Source: Mobula birostris
Lineage: Eukaryota
Reading direction: 5' to 3'
Length of the DNA: 64,000 bases
Assembly (NCBI RefSeq): GCF_030028105.1
Contig: NC_092376.1
Location: 180,024,080 to 180,088,079 of the forward strand
Program-made: the position numbers and the translations under genes
Notes under the pieces: model-generated
Seen by the model: only the letters and a program-made list of their open reading frames with translations
Databases searched by the model: none
Told to the model about the DNA's origin: nothing
Shown here: positions 25,122 through 39,489 of the stretch, in pieces
Numbering within the stretch: position 1 is the first letter of the stretch
Layout: every line of letters starts with the position of its first letter

Positions 25122-26014
25122 CATCTTTAAGTGCAAATACTCCTAAACTTCTCCTGGTTCAGCAACAGAGTAGGATTGGCAGTGGGTGTATTGCCATTGA
25201 TGTCCTCATCAAGTGAATAAATGAATATAGGAGTAAAGGAGTATTACCTATTAACAGTAAATTAACAAACTATAATTTAATCATTTAGTTTGAACACAAC
25301 CAAACCGCGGTTGCAAAACCAAAATGAAAAGATTAGAGGTGTAACTTTACACTTCTACCTCCTGCATTTCTATTTTAATTAGCGTACTGTGAAAGCTTAT
25401 AGACCCAAATTCGAAGATCTCCATCACACCATGAGTTTACTGGATGATAATCACCAAACAATGTCACAATGTGGGGGGAATCATCATGACCCGTTATTGC
25501 TTTCCGTTGTACTATATCTGTATTACAACAGCTATAACGACAGGTCAAGTATTTCAAGCCAAAGTATTGATAGTAAGATAGCACTCCACAACAATATTTC
25601 TCATATGAAGATGTGTGTCAATTATTGCAAATGGCAGCAGGTAACGCAAACTTCGAGACGGAATAAAATACAAATATAATCTGCTGAGATGTAAGCAAAC
25701 TAAAATGAATGAATAGGTTCATTTAGATTTTCACGTGGTTGTCTGACAACGTTTCACTTCTACTTTAAGATGTGGAGTGACACGTAAATTTAAAGTAAGT
25801 GCTGTCTTAGTGGCAGCAGATATTGCTTGTTTCTATCTTTTGGAATAATTTTCAAAGAAGCATTCTTGGATTTTTATTAATGATTTTCCGTGTTATAGCT
25901 GTTTTATTAACTTTCCCGGTTATAAAGCTTTGTGAAGCCAAGGAAAGAGTACAGGAATACTTTCTACTTGTAACTTGCCCAGATAAATTGCATTGGCATG
26001 TGAAAACAATATGA

Positions 26015-26600
26015 GCATAAGACATAGAAGCAGAATTAGACTATTCAGCCTATCGGGTCCAGAAGATTTATTATCCCCTCCATCATGACAGATATATTAT
26101 CCCCTCAACTCCATTCCCTTACCTACTCCCTGTAACCATTGACACTCTTTCTAATCAAGAACCTATCTACCTCCGCCTTAAATATAAGCAATATCCTCAC
26201 GGCCACAGCCGTGGGTTGCGATGAATTCCACAGATTCATCACATTCCAGATAAAGAAATTCCTCCTCATCTCTATTCTAAATGGACGTCTTTCTATTATG
26301 AGGCTGTGCTCTCTGGTCCTAGACTCCACCACTACAGGAACCATCCCCTCCACGTCCACTCGATCTAGGCCTTTCACTATTCGGTGGGTTTCAATTAGTT
26401 CCCCCCTCATTCTTCTAAGCTGTAGCGAGTACAGACCAAGATCCATCTAACGCTGGTCATACGTTAACCCCTTTATCCAGAGATCATTCATGTGAACTTT
26501 CTCTGGACTGTCTCCTATTCCAGCACATCCTTTCATGGATAAGGGGCCAAGAATTGCTTACAATACGCCAACAGCGGCCTGACCGATGCCTTATAAAACA
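26015..26600 (-). mobile_element. CR1-clade LINE 3' fragment
   Basis: Minus ORF LGLYSLQLRRMRGELIE...RTREHSL...FKAEVDRFL. Confidence 0.85.
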
Positions 26601-27139
26601 TCAGTCATTATCGTAGAACGGTATCTGAATGTGAATAATTTAATCTTATAGATACGTATCACTGAGATGGTACAATAACTAAATATCTCCACGAAAGTGA
26701 GTTTAAAAAAATTAACTCATGACAATTATGTCAGTATTCAAAGAAATATGGCGAATTGAGAATGATGTTCTATCTCTTCTTTCTAAGCTATGGCAGGTTA
26801 TAGCTTATATAATATTTACCTGACAGCCATTTCTGGACCTTGAAGATCCAACGATTAATACAAGTTAATATGCATTAAGCAGTAGCTAATCGGGGCAAAG
26901 CATTAAATCCTCCATAATCAAACTCGATTGCCTATTTCAGAGGTCAGTGCTTTTTCAACGGGCTTTGGATTTTATCATTGGCTCCTTAGCCCCTGAATTA
27001 AACGGTAATTTGCATATTGGGGGTATACAACATAGGAAAGACAATAGTACTGATTAGTTTATTTTTCCGGGACAATGGGATAAAATTCATTATTCCAAGA
27101 GCAATAGGTAGCAGCAGATAGATTGACAACCAATTTATC

Positions 27140-27291
27140 ACATTGGCTGTTTGGCAGTCTTTGCATCTAGTTTTTGATGGATTCTATTGTATTTCATTGC
27201 TCTACTGTATATGCCTGCAAAAAAAAACGAATCTCAGAGCAGTATATGGCGACAGAGGAAATTATAATAATAAATTTACTTTGAACTTTGA
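27140..27291 (+). mobile_element. Rex1/Babar-like LINE 3' tail remnant
   Basis: ATCTCAGAGCAGTATATGGCGACA...AATAAATTTACTTTGAACTTTGA matches 19562-19625. Confidence 0.6.
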
Positions 27292-27562
27292 TCTTATAAA
27301 CCAACATGGGATTAAGTATGCTATACCCTGATAATGAAAGAAATTTTATGATTAAGTCAAGCCATTTCATTTGGTTCATAACTACTATTTATTTATTTTG
27401 AGCATTTTCCTGTTGAGGACCTTGAGGCTGTTAATTGTGAATCAATTCGAGATTGTCCACGCAACAGGCCATAACGTGCAGACTACTGCGCAAGAAAGCG
27501 TCAAATATAAATTTAAACTGTGCAACGATAAATACCATTCTGTGCTCGTTTCGGACAACGCG

Positions 27563-27649
27563 GCTTTAAGAAATGGTGTGCATCATGATTCGCTGAATAT
27601 CAGTACGCTTGTGTTCACCAATCAGAAGCTAAGAAATGTTTGGAGATCC
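27563..27649 (+). promoter_or_regulatory. Conserved promoter module of V5
   Basis: GCTTTAAGAAA 27563; ATTCG (variant) 27588; CCAAT 27618; TGGAGATCC ending at 27649. Confidence 0.75.
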
Positions 27650-27900
27650 GGACTGCCCTCTAGCATTACCCACCCTCCCTTACGTGAGATCAGAAGCGGT
27701 GAAAAAAAAAATTGGCTGGTCAGATTTTATTGCGAGAATACATTGGAAACTGAGCAAAAGCAGAAGATGGGGACGAAATGAACCGTGCGATTTATGATCC
27801 GGCAGGAGAGTCGAATATCAAGGTTTATAAAAATCTGAATAAAGGAACGATTAATGGTGGCATCAGGTACTAACAAACGTTGGAATGGTTTACACTGGAA

Positions 27901-30327
27901 ATGCGGTATAATATATATTGGCTGCTAAAATGTCGGTTGCTATATTGCGTGTTTTATTCGTGGAGTATAGTTTCGGGCACGATTCATTATTCGATTCCTG
28001 AAGAACTGCAGCAGGGCGCCTTTGCTGGGAACCTCGCAGCCGATTTTGGTTTAGATGTAAAGCAGCTTTCGGCACGAGGTGCTCGGATCGTGTCCGGTCC
28101 CAAGAAATCATATATGGATATCAATTTGAAAAATGGACTTTTATTTGTGAAGGAAAAAATTGACAGAGAACAGTTGTGTGAGTCGAGCCTCTTTTGTGTG
28201 TTATCCTTAGATGTTTTGCTCGAAAATCCCCTAAAGCTGTACCAGGTTTCAGTGGAGATCCTTGATGTAAATGACAATGCTCCCATTTTCCCCGAGAGCG
28301 AAATGCGGCTTGAGGTCTCCGAGCTGGCTGCACCGGGAGCGCGTTTCCTTCTCGAGTCAGCGCATGATGCGGACGCCGGGCCCAATTCCTTGCAAACGTA
28401 CAAGCTCCATCCGAACGAATGTTTCTTTCTGGATGTGCAAGTGCGCACAGGAAATGAAATGTTACCAGTATTAGTGTTGCAGCGCCCCTTGGACAGAGAA
28501 AAAGAATCGATCCACAAATTAGTTTTGATAGCGGAGGATGGTGGTATCCCTTTAAGGTCAGGCACCCTTAAGGTTACCATCATGGTGACGGATGCAAACG
28601 ATAACGTGCCTGTTTTTCCTCAGTCAACTTATAAAGTTCGCCTATTAGAGTCTGCACCCAAAGGAACACTTATTATCAAATTAAACGCCACTGACATGGA
28701 CGATGGTCCCAACGGAGAGATTATGTACTCGTTCAGCAGCCATAATTCTGTCAGAGTGCGTAAACTTTTTGATGTTAATTCCAGAACTGGTGAAATTACA
28801 TTGAAAGGAAATTTGGATTATGAAGAAAGTAGCTCAATGGAGATTAGCATACAGGCAAAGGACATGGGCTTAAACTCAGTGGCCGTGTATTGTGACGTGT
28901 TGCTGAACATTATCGATGTCAATGATAACGCACCTGAGGTAACAGTCACATCCCTATCGAGTAACGTTTTGGAAAATGTTCCCAATGGGACTGTAGTAGC
29001 TCTCTTCAGCGTAGAAGACAAGGACTCGGGACAAAACGGACAAGTACAGTGTCAAATTTCAAGCAAACTGCCTTTTAGACTCGATTCATCTTTGACGAAT
29101 TATTACGGGATGCTTATTGACCAACCGTTGGATCGCGAAAGCGCATCCAGGTATGATGTTACAATAACATGTACCGATGCAGGAATCCCTCCTCTCACAT
29201 CTCAGGAAACCATTCGCTTGGAGGTTTCAGATGTAAATGATAACGCGCCAAGATTTATGCAGCCCGCATACACCGCTAGTGTCATGGAGAATAATGTGAT
29301 TGGTGCTTCTATATTACAGATAAGTGCCGTCGATCCAGATGTAGGGCAAAATTCCAGATTGAAATTTTATATTCTAGAGTCTCAACATTGGAACCCCCAA
29401 GAAAATTCTTACGTCTCTGTTAATTCAGAGAGTGGCATCATATTTGCTCAGAGATCGTTTGACTACGAACAACTGAAGAAGTTCCAGATCCAGGTTCAGG
29501 TGCAGGATTCCGGAGTCCCGCCGCTCTGCAGCAACGTTTCAGTGGAGGTTGTTATACTCGATCAGAACGACAATGCCCCAGTGATTGTGAATCCTCAGCC
29601 CGAATACAGAACAGAAACAATATCTCTGTTCTCTGAACCAGGATCCCTCGTTGCCAAGATAGCAGCCACCGATGCTGACAGTGGTCAAAACGCCTTTCTC
29701 TCTTTCCAGATTTTTCAAGCCACCCATCATGATCTTTTTACTATTTCTCCGGAGACTGGCGAAATTTGGACTATACGTCGGATCACAAGCAAGGATGCCC
29801 CTAAGCAAAGGCTAGTGATTGTGGTCAAAGATCATGGAACTCCTTCACTCTCATCTTCTGTGACCATAGCATTGACTGTGGTTGGGACTGACAGTGAAAA
29901 GTTCTCAGGTGCTAATGGTTTACCTAAAAGTCTGGGGTTCACACGCCATCTTGGTTTTTCTTTGGTCATAACGTTTGGGATAACATCTACAGTTCTCTTT
30001 GTTATTTTACTTATCCTTGCTGTTAAGATTTATAGAAACAGGCAGGGATCCGGAGGACATCACTGTTCCTGTTGCTGCCTTGGATCAAGAGATTCTCTGA
30101 ATGGAATTCAAAAGGCCAGTCGAAGCCTGCAGATACCTCCAAATTACGTCGAGGTATTCGGGGGCGATCCACTCTCTCAGCGTTTTCCTTACGAGTCATG
30201 TTCAACTTTGCCGTCGACGGATGTCAAAGCATGTGGGCATTCCACAGGCGATCATTATCTACAGAATGAGGTTTTCAGGAAAGACAAACCTGAAAGTGGC
30301 AATTACAGCAACACTATAAATAACGAG
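27901..30327 (+). CDS. Clustered protocadherin variable exon V5
   Basis: ATG at 27901 is the paralog-equivalent start; 809 codons; donor GAG|GTGAGG. Confidence 0.95.
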
Positions 30328-31185
30328 GTGAGGCACTTCTTAAAATCAATAAGATATATTCAGTTGGTTTGGTTTGGATGTGTTTGATGCTGACTGGATG
30401 TGAGTCAATTTTCAATCTCCTCTTTGTTCAATGTTTATGAATATCTCTATTATTTCTGAGCATTTCTGTTCCCTTTTTTTAAGATCAGGGTAGGTATCTG
30501 ATCACAGAAACAAACACATGGATACCCGTCCCCACCCCCACATTGAATCTTTGCAGCTATCTTCACCAAAGATCTGTGTAGGCAGGGTTATTATTCATTT
30601 TCAGGACAGGAATAGGTAAATTTTATAAGTGCAACAAAATCAACGACTAATATGAGTGCATAAAGTTTAAATCCAAAGATTATTTCTGTTTTGATCATAA
30701 TGAATTGCGGCGACCATATGATGTAGTTCAGCTATTACGTCTGATACTGTGTTCGTACTTCTCTGAAGTTGTTTGCATATGTTTTTACAAAAACAATTGT
30801 AAAATCTTTAAAAAGATATTCTCTGAAGTTCCACGTGATTTTATTGCTAGCTCAATAGACAGTCGGGTATATTCAACTATCTGTTGAAATTATCTTGCTC
30901 TCTATTTATGTATTGCCAATCTCAGCAGGAATTCTCCGACGTAGATTACCAAGCATGCGCAGAACAGTTTCCTTGTGACCATCACTGGGTTTCTATTCAG
31001 CGCTTGCATGCAGCTTACTTAGTAACTGAACCTAACGTATATCTAATGTCTGGATTCGCCTCAAGATGTCAGCAAATGTTATACTTCAAACAACTCAAAC
31101 GATAATGCTAAGGGCTATACATTCTGTTCATATTTTTGCCCATATTGTATCAGCTGCTCCATCGAGAAAGTTAAATATATTCAGT

Positions 31186-31355
31186 AACACACAAAAAAAA
31201 ATGCTGGAGGAACTCAGAAGGCCCTAAGGGAGGGTTTTGGCCCGAGATGTCGACTCCTTATTCCTTTCCATAGTTTCTGGTGCCCTGCCAAGTTCCTCCA
31301 GCATATTGTGTGTAGTACTCAAGATTTTCAGTATCTGGCGGACCTCTTATGTTTA
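31186..31355. mobile_element. Penelope-like terminal-repeat remnant (inverted arrangement)
   Basis: Inverted repeat ATGCTGGAGGAACT / AGTTCCTCCAGCAT around GGGTTTTGGCCCGAGATGTCGAC. Confidence 0.55.
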
Positions 31356-31689
31356 AAATTAAATAAGTTGTTGCTTTAAGACATTTCATGTGACTCGGGT
31401 CTCCAAATTTAAGTATCGATGGTTTACTTAGTGAAGGTTTCATTATGCATTAGTGCCAAATAATAACAAGTATTGCTTTATAGTTATATCATGTGCCTTC
31501 AAGATAGGAATTCGCGTTTTAACGCGTCTTCTCCTTGTTACACAAGATCCATCCTGTTTTATAATCCATTACTTGCATCATAATTCCCAACGTTTTCTGT
31601 TCACAAAGTAGTTTCGAATTTACATCATAATTAGAACATTTTACGTCCGTGGTTGAGAATGTAAAACTATATTTTTGTTTAGGGGATGC

Positions 31690-31902
31690 AGCAATGTAAG
31701 AAGCCCTTGCGGCCAACGAGCCCACTTACACCCATGTGACCAATTAACTTACTGTCCCGTACGTCTTTAGAGAAAAATGGAGCAGTCGGAGGAAACCCAT
31801 TTCACGGGAGAACGTGCAAACACCTTACAGTCAGAAGTGGGAATTGTACCAGGAACTCTGGCTCAGTGATAGCTTCACTAACCGCTTCGCTACCTGCCGC
31901 CC
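31690..31902 (-). mobile_element. tRNA-derived V-SINE (HE1-like)
   Basis: Minus strand starts GGGCGGCAGGTAGCGAAGCGGTTAG (A-box-like) and carries the V-domain-like GTTTGCACGTTCTCCCGTG...GGGTTTCCTCCG. Confidence 0.65.
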
Positions 31903-32127
31903 TTAACCCCTATTGTGTTCCGGTTTATTGTGTTAAGTTAAATAGAGCTAAATATACGTTTATTTTACAGCGAATGTGAAATATTGATAAATATATGCGT
32001 CAAAAACATTTTCCCAGGAATAATTTGACAAAATAAAATTGTAATAATAATGGGATAGAAATATTTGATTTTTAACTGTACAGCTAAAAATGTTAATTTT
32101 AACCAAATAGTCAGATACGACGTTGCG

Positions 32128-32212
32128 GCTTTAAGAAACGTTCAGTGCGGGAATTGGCTGAACGTAAGGGATTCCGTCCGCCAATCAAAAGCAGCAATGT
32201 TACTGGCGATCT
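32128..32212 (+). promoter_or_regulatory. Conserved promoter module of V6
   Basis: GCTTTAAGAAA 32128; ATTGG 32153; CCAAT 32181; TGTTACTGGCGATCT 32198. Confidence 0.75.
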
Positions 32213-32507
32213 TGACTGCCCCCTTCCCTCCCGGTCCACCATCACAGACGATGCAATCCTGAATGGCGGACTGCCGAGAGCTTGCTTGGTTTATTCCGCT
32301 ACTCATGAGCTTCAGAAAAAAACAAGGGTTGCCGGAAGGAATCTCAAAGGCTCGCAAAACCCATTTTGTCTTTTTTTTTATTTGTGTGTATCTATGTGTT
32401 TTTTAACGTTTGCTCACCAAGGACATGATTTATCAAGAAATTAATGTGGAAGACTGAACCGACTGCGCCGTGTAGCGCTGAAATAATTGGAATGTTTTGT
32501 ACCTGCG

Positions 32508-34958
32508 ATGGAATATTATCAAATATTTTGGAGGCTAAACTGGCATTTGCTGTATTGTGTCTTCTTTGAATGGGCCGTGGCTTCTGGACAGATTCGTTAT
32601 TCAATCCCTGAAGAACTACAAGTGGGCGCGTTTGTTGGAAATATCGCAGATGATCTGGGTCTACGCACAAGGGAGCTCTCAGCTCGCAATTTTCAGATTG
32701 TGCCTGGTTCCCAGAAACAGTATTTGGAGGTAAATTTAGACAATGGGATTATGTCTGTTATAGAGAAAATCGACAGGGAGCAGTTATGTGGAACGAGCCT
32801 CGCGTGCACTTTGTCTTTGGAGGCTGTAGTCGAAAATCCGTTGACTGTGTATCACATCGAAGTGGCGATTCTCGATATAAACGACAATTCTCCCAGTTTC
32901 CCAAATAGCCAACTTCGCCTTAAAATCTCCGAGCTTGCTGCACCGGGAGCGCTCTTTCCCCTGGAGTGTGCATACGATCCAGATGTCGGAACCAATTCCC
33001 TGCAAACCTACCAGCTAGCTGCTAACGAGTATTTCGTATTAAATATTGACTCGCGCGGTGGAACCGGTAAATTGCCAATATTAGTGCTGGAACGGCCTTT
33101 GGATCGGGAAAAGCAAGCAACACATAAATTGGGACTGCTTGCCAAAGACGGCGGTATTCCTGCTAAGACTGGCACTGCTGATATAATTATTGCAGTGCAG
33201 GACGAAAACGACAACGCACCCGTCTTCCCAAACTCCGTTTACAGAATTAATCTGCCAGAAAATGTACCCAAAGGGACACTAGTTATCAGATTAAATGCCA
33301 CTGATCTAGATATTGGCTCTAACGGTGACATATCATACTCATTCAGTAGTCAGAATTCAGCTAAAATCCGTGAATCGTTTTCTGTGGACTCCAGAACAGG
33401 GGATATCAGAGTGAAAGGAAATCTGGACTATGAGGAATACAGTGCGTTTGAAATCAACGTGCAGGCACTGGACCAGGGTACGAATCCAAGTGCCGGGTAT
33501 TGTCACCTTGTGGTTAATATTATCGATGTCAACGATAACGCCCCTGAGGTAAAGTTAACCTCTTTATTCAGCCCTGTTCGTGAAGATTCACCACCTGGGA
33601 CTGTGGTTGCTCTGATTGGTGTGTCAGACCAAGACTCGGGGGCAAATGGGCAGATAGAGTGTGAAATTACGGACGGATTACCCTTTATACTGGATTCGTC
33701 CTTGAGGAATTATTACAGATTACTTACTGAGAAGTTGCTGGATAGAGAAAATACCTCGAGTTATGACGTTTCTGTCACGTGCAGTGACTTGGGGTCTCCT
33801 CCTCTCGCATCCAGGAAAACAATTACGGTGGAAGTTTCGGATATCAATGACAACGCGCCACACTTTACGCAGTCATCCTACACAGCCTACGTAATGGAGA
33901 ACAACGTCATAGGGGCGTCAATCATCACAGTGACGGCGGTTGACCCAGACCTGAGCCAGAATTCCCAGGTATTTTACTCAATTCTGGAGAAGCAATCGCT
34001 GAGTGAGCCTTTGTCCACTTATGTCAGCGTCAATTCCAAGAACGGGGTTATATTTGCTCAAAGGGCTTTTGATTACGAGCATCTCAAAAGTTTTCAGGTC
34101 GAAGTCCAGGCCAGGGATTCTGGAGACCCGCCACATATTGCCACCACTTCGGTAGATGTAATTATCCTTGACCAGAATGACAACGCCCCGGTGATCGTGC
34201 ACCCGGCCACAGCACACGGCTCAACAGCATTGGAAACAGCATCCCGCTTCGCCGAGCCAGGCTATCTGGTCACCAAACTTACAGCAACCGACGTTGACTC
34301 GGGCCAGAATGCACGTCTCTCTTACCGGATTCTACAGTCCACTGACCCCGGACTTTTCACCATCTCACCCGATACGGGAGAAATATGGACAATTCGCAAG
34401 TTTGCGAGGAAGGACGCAAACAAGCAAAGGCTGATTGTTGTGGTAAATGATAATGGGGCGCCGGCACTTTCTGCTACAATGACTCTTATCTTGTCGGTGG
34501 CGGAAGACGATACGGAAATTATTTCTCGTGTGAACGATTCATCTGAAGATGCAGGATTGACCGGTGACATAACATTCTACTTAATTATAGCTTTAGCGAT
34601 AATCTCATCCACTTTCTTCGTTATTTTAATCGGTCTTGCCACCACAGTGTACAGAAACAGAACTGGGTTTGGCGCCTATGCATGTTCCCTAGATACATGC
34701 TATTGTTTTCCAAAGAGGACCTCGTTCAATGGTTTCCAAAAGAGCAGAACTCTCCAGATACCACCGAATTACGTTGAAGTATTTGGGGGTGATCCTCTTT
34801 CTCAAAGGTTCCGTTATGGCACCTGTTCCACTTCCAATTCGACAAAGGGAGCGTTCTTGTACTCCGGCGGGTACAGAGGTGAAGCCAAGGGTGAAATTGT
34901 GTGCAGTAACGAACAGTCTCAATCATTATATTCTAACCATTGTAGCAGCATTCATAAG
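32508..34958 (+). CDS. Clustered protocadherin variable exon V6
   Basis: ATG at 32508; 817 codons; donor AAG|GTGAGA. Confidence 0.95.
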
Positions 34959-35059
34959 GTGAGATGATTGTGTAACTTGGCCGGTCCATAAATGCACATA
35001 ACTGCGGTATATTGTTGCAGATAAATAATTCTTAACTTGCTCTTTAAGATTTTTATAAG

Positions 35060-35242
35060 CAACAAATAAAATGCTTGAAGAAGTCAGTGGGTCAGGCAAC
35101 ATCTATGAAGGGAAATGGACAGTCGACCGTTCGAATCCAGACCCTTCATAAGGACTAGTTGATATCAAAACTGACGCACTGAATTCTTCCGGCTTTTTGT
35201 ATGTTGCTCCAGAGTTCCAACATCTGTAGTCTCTCATGTCTC
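35060..35242. mobile_element. Penelope-like terminal-repeat remnant
   Basis: Minus strand GTCCTTATGAAGGGTCTGGATTCGAACGGTCGACTG, plus an inverted tail ending TCCAACATCTGTAG. Confidence 0.55.
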
Positions 35243-35879
35243 CTTTGCGCTTTTCCCAATTGACCTGTGTAAAGTAAACTCCACACTTCACGTGGCACCC
35301 TTCAGATTGATGCGACGTTAACAATTAATGTAATTCGTTGGTTGTTTTTGAAATTTCTCCTACTTGGCAATTGGTCGTATAATTTTATGTTGTAGGTGAC
35401 ATCAGTTCGTTGCACGTGTAAGATAAAACTTCTTTGCAATCAGATAGAGAATATGCGTTCACCCCTCGGTCAGACTTGAACGTGATGGCAGGTACATTCT
35501 TCATCTGGGTTGATATATAACAATCATAACGAGCACCTGATAGCAGCTAATATACTAAAACATGCTGTTTTGCTTTGATAGGTAACATTTCTTTTTGTTG
35601 AGGATATGGTGTCATCAAAGCGCCAAAACTGGTGTATCTGTGTATGCACTTAATATTCACGGGGTCGCGTGCTCTAAGCAGAAAGGAGTGAAGTAAGGAA
35701 CAATGTTGTATTCCTAAGATTGAAAACACAGTTATGAAGGTGAAGGTGTACAATGAATTAATTATATAAAACGCATGGACTGACTGGAGATGACTCAATA
35801 GGGCAAATTTATTTAATAGCATAAACACGAATAACTATATCGATGTTATGCAAGAGCATAAGAGCACCACAACAGTGTA

Positions 35880-36320
35880 ACAGTAGGCCTTTCGACAGTG
35901 GACTATATACATCCCCTCCTTATCCAGTTTCCCTCACTATCTTCATTTCTTACCAGATTCAATACTCGACAGTCATTTGTTGTGTCCACATCTCACTTTT
36001 CGGCCTCCTTCGCTATCTCCATTCATTCCATCCCACTCAGCATCACTTTATCTGTCCACACTTACAATCCTATATCTACCTCATTAGTTCCTCCCTCAAT
36101 GCTCTCACTCAGCTCTTTATACTGTCTATGCCCTTTACACACTCAGTCCTGGTGCAGGTCTAGACTTCACCTCTTTATACTGCCTCTCTTCCCTTTACAG
36201 TCTTGATGCAGGGCGGTGACTGAAACGTAGACGACCCTCTGCAACCTCAGACACTGCTTGACGCACTGAGCTCCTCCAGCAGCTTCTTTGCTTACTTTGG
36301 GCCAGTCAGTCTCTTGTGCC
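35880..36320 (+). mobile_element. Older Penelope-like terminal-repeat remnant
   Basis: Pyrimidine-rich leader followed by CAGTCTTGATGCAGGGCGGTGACTGAAACGTAGAC...CTGAGCTCCTCCAGC. Confidence 0.45.
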
Positions 36321-36844
36321 CGCTGAAACATTCAAAAAGATCATCACTACTCCTTAGTACCTGAACATCACTTACACACGGCATCCTCACATGCCTTGAT
36401 TTCCTCAAAAGTCAAAGTAAATTTATTATTGAAGTACGTATAGATCACCATAGACTACCCTGAGATTTATTTTCTTGCAGCTATTTACAAGAAAGCAAAG
36501 AAAAATACACTAGAATTCACTGAAACAAAAACTGGCCAACAACCATTGTGCAAATAGATAAGTAAATAGTACTGTCAATATGAGTTGTGAGTTCTTCAAA
36601 GCGAGTCTGCAGGTTGAGAAATCAGTTCAGAGTTGAGGTGAATGAAATTATGCATGCAGGCTCAGGAGCCTGATGATTGTAGGCTAATAAATGTTCCTGA
36701 ACCTGCTGGTGTGCGATCTTGGGGGTCTGCACGTTCAGCGCGATTGTAGTAGTGAGAAGACAGCATGGCTTGAATGAGAGCGCTTGATGATAGGCGCTGC
36801 TTTCATGTGACAACGCTCCTTGTAGATATGGTCAGCGGTGGGCA

Positions 36845-38716
36845 GACAACAGACAATAGACAATAGGTGCAGGAGTAGGCCATTCGGCCCTTCGAGCCAG
36901 CACCGCCATTCACTGTGATCATGGCTGATCATCCACAATCAGTATCCATTTCCTGCCTTATCCCCATAACTTTTGATTCCGCTATCTTTAAGAGCACTAT
37001 CCATCTCATTCCTGAAAGCATCCAGAGACTTGGCCTCTACGGCCTTCTGGGGCAGAGCATTCCATACATCCACCACTCTCTGGGTGAAAAAGTTTTTCCT
37101 CAACTCCGTTCTAAATGGCCTACCACTAATTCTTAAACTGTGGCCTCTGGTTCTAGAAACATAGAAAACGTAGAAAATAGGTGCAGGAGTAGGCCATTCG
37201 GCCCTTCGAGCCTGCACCGCCATTTATTATGATCATGGCTGATCATCCAACTCAGAACCCCGCCCCAGTCTTCCCTCCATACCCCGTGACCCCCGTAGCC
37301 ACAAGGGGCATATCTAACTCCCTCTTAAATATAGCCAATGAACTGGCCTCAACTGTTTCCTGTGGCAGAGAATTCCACAGATTCACCACTCTCTGTGTGA
37401 AGAAGTTTTTCCCAATCTCGATCCTAAAAGGCTTCCCCTCTATCCTCAAACTGTGGCTCCTCGTTCTGGACTTCCCCAACATCGGGAACAATCTTCCTGC
37501 ATCTAGCCTGTCCAATCCCTTTAGGATTTTATACGTTTCAATCAGATCCCCCCTCAATCTTCTAAATTCCAACGAGTACAAGCCCAGTTCATCCAGTCTT
37601 TCTTCATATGAAAGTCCTGCCATCCCAGGAATCAATCTGGTGAACCTTCTTTGTACTCCCTCTATGGCAAGGATGTCTTTCCTCAGATTAGGGGACCAAA
37701 ACGGCACACAATACTCCAGGTGTGGTCTCACCAAGGCCTTGTACAGCTGCAGTAGTACCTCCCTGCTTCTGTACTCGAATCCCCTTGCTATAAATGCCAG
37801 CATAGCATTCGCCTTTTTCACCGCCTGCTGTACCTGCATGCCCACTTTCAATGACTGGTGTATAATGACACCCAGGTCTCGTTGCACCTCCCCTTTTCCT
37901 AATCGGCCACCATTCAGATAATAATCTGTTTTCCTATTTTTGCCACCAAAGTGGATAACTTCACATTTATCCACATTAAATTGCATCTGCCATGAATTTG
38001 CCCACTCACCCAATCTATCCAAGTCACCCTGCATCCTCTTAGCATCCTCCTCACAGCTAACACTGCCACCCAGCTTCGTGTCATCCGCAAACTTGGAGAT
38101 GCTGCATTTAATTCCCTCATCCAAGTCATTAATATATATTGTAAACAACTGGGGTCCCTTGCGGTTCTGGACTCACCCATCAGCGGGAACATGCTTCCTG
38201 CCTGCAGCGTGTCCAATCCTTTCATAATCTTATATGTTTCAATAAGATCCCCTCTCAGCCTTCTAAATTCCAGAGTATACAAGTCCAGTCGCTCTAATCT
38301 TTCGACATATGACAGTTCCGCTATCCCGGGAATTAACCTTGTGAACCTACGCTGCACTCCCTCAATAGCAAGAACGTCCTTCCTCAAATTTGGAGACCAA
38401 AACTGCACACAGTACTCCAGGTGTGGTCTCACCAGGGCCCTGTACAGCTGCAGAAGGACCTCTTTGCTCTTATACCCAATTCCCCTTGTTATGAAGGTCA
38501 GCATGCCATTAGCTTTCTGCACTGCCTGCTGGCTTTCAGTGACTGATGGACAAGAACACCCAGATCTCGTTGTGCTTCCCCTTTTCCTAACTTGACTCCA
38601 TTTAGATAATAATCTGCCTTCTCGTTCTTACCACCAAAGTGGATAACGTCACATTTATCCACATTAAACTGCATCTGCCCACTCACCCAGCCTGTCCAAG
38701 TCACCCTGCATTCTCA
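36845..38716 (-). mobile_element. CR1-clade LINE (outer copy), 5'-truncated
   Basis: (TAGACAA)n tail at 36845-36865. The ORF2 C-terminus is interrupted at GGTTCT 37149 and resumes at GGTTCT 38164. Confidence 0.85.
37154..38157 (-). mobile_element. CR1-clade LINE (inner copy, young), 5'-truncated
   Basis: Open 298-aa RT C-terminal ORF (37252-38148, FADDTKL) with a different tail (TAGAAACATAGAAAA). Confidence 0.88.
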
Positions 38717-39489
38717 AAACAGAGCTTTGACTGTGATGGGCTGGGCTGTATCCACCACCTTCTGTAGCCTTTTTCCTTCCTGGGCATTGCTGTTTTCATA
38801 CCAGACCTTGATGCGACCAGCCAGGATGCTCTCCTCTGTGCATCTACTTCTATAAGAAAGGCTTTGTCATTTTTAGACAAAGTTGCACAAACTGAAGCCG
38901 AATCTACGAAAATTTCTAAAAAAAAAAAAAAAAAAAAGTAGAGGTGCTTTGGTGCCTTCTTTTTGAGTAAACGTAGGTGCTGGTCCCAGGACAGATAATC
39001 TGATATGTTAGTAACTCAAAGTTACTTAGAAATTCAAAGTTTCCTCCGATCTCCTAAAGGGGATTAGCGATGGGCCAATCTTCCTCCTGTAGTCGATAAT
39101 CAGCTCTTTGGTTTTGCTAACGTTGAGTGAGAGGTTGTCTGCAAATCACCATATTTTCAATCTCCCTCCTATATGCTGATTCGTTACCACCACTGCTTCG
39201 GCCCTCAACAGTGCTATCGTCAACAAGCTTAAATATTGCAATAGAGCTGTACTTAGTCACACAATCGAAGATCTAAAACGAGTAGAGCAGGGAGTGGCCA
39301 CGCAGCCTAATGCTGCACCTGTGCTCATGCTGATTGAGGAGGGGAGGTTGTTGCCCATCGTACTGGTTGGGGTTTGCAAGAGAGGAAAGCGGATATCCAG
39401 GAAGGTATCGAGGCCTAGGTCTTGGAGCTTAGTGATTAGTTTTGAGAAGATGCAGTGTTGAATAATGAATTATAGTCAATGAAGAGCAC

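Noticed and set aside
27987-28583. Recurrent antisense and alternate-frame ORFs over the cadherin exons
   Set aside because: They are shadow ORFs from codon structure and paralogy, with variable lengths and no independent motifs.
38918-38937. Poly(A) run as a processed-pseudogene tail
   Set aside because: It lies inside the minus-strand Rex1-like element with no adjacent retrocopy or TSD, so it is a simple homopolymer expansion.
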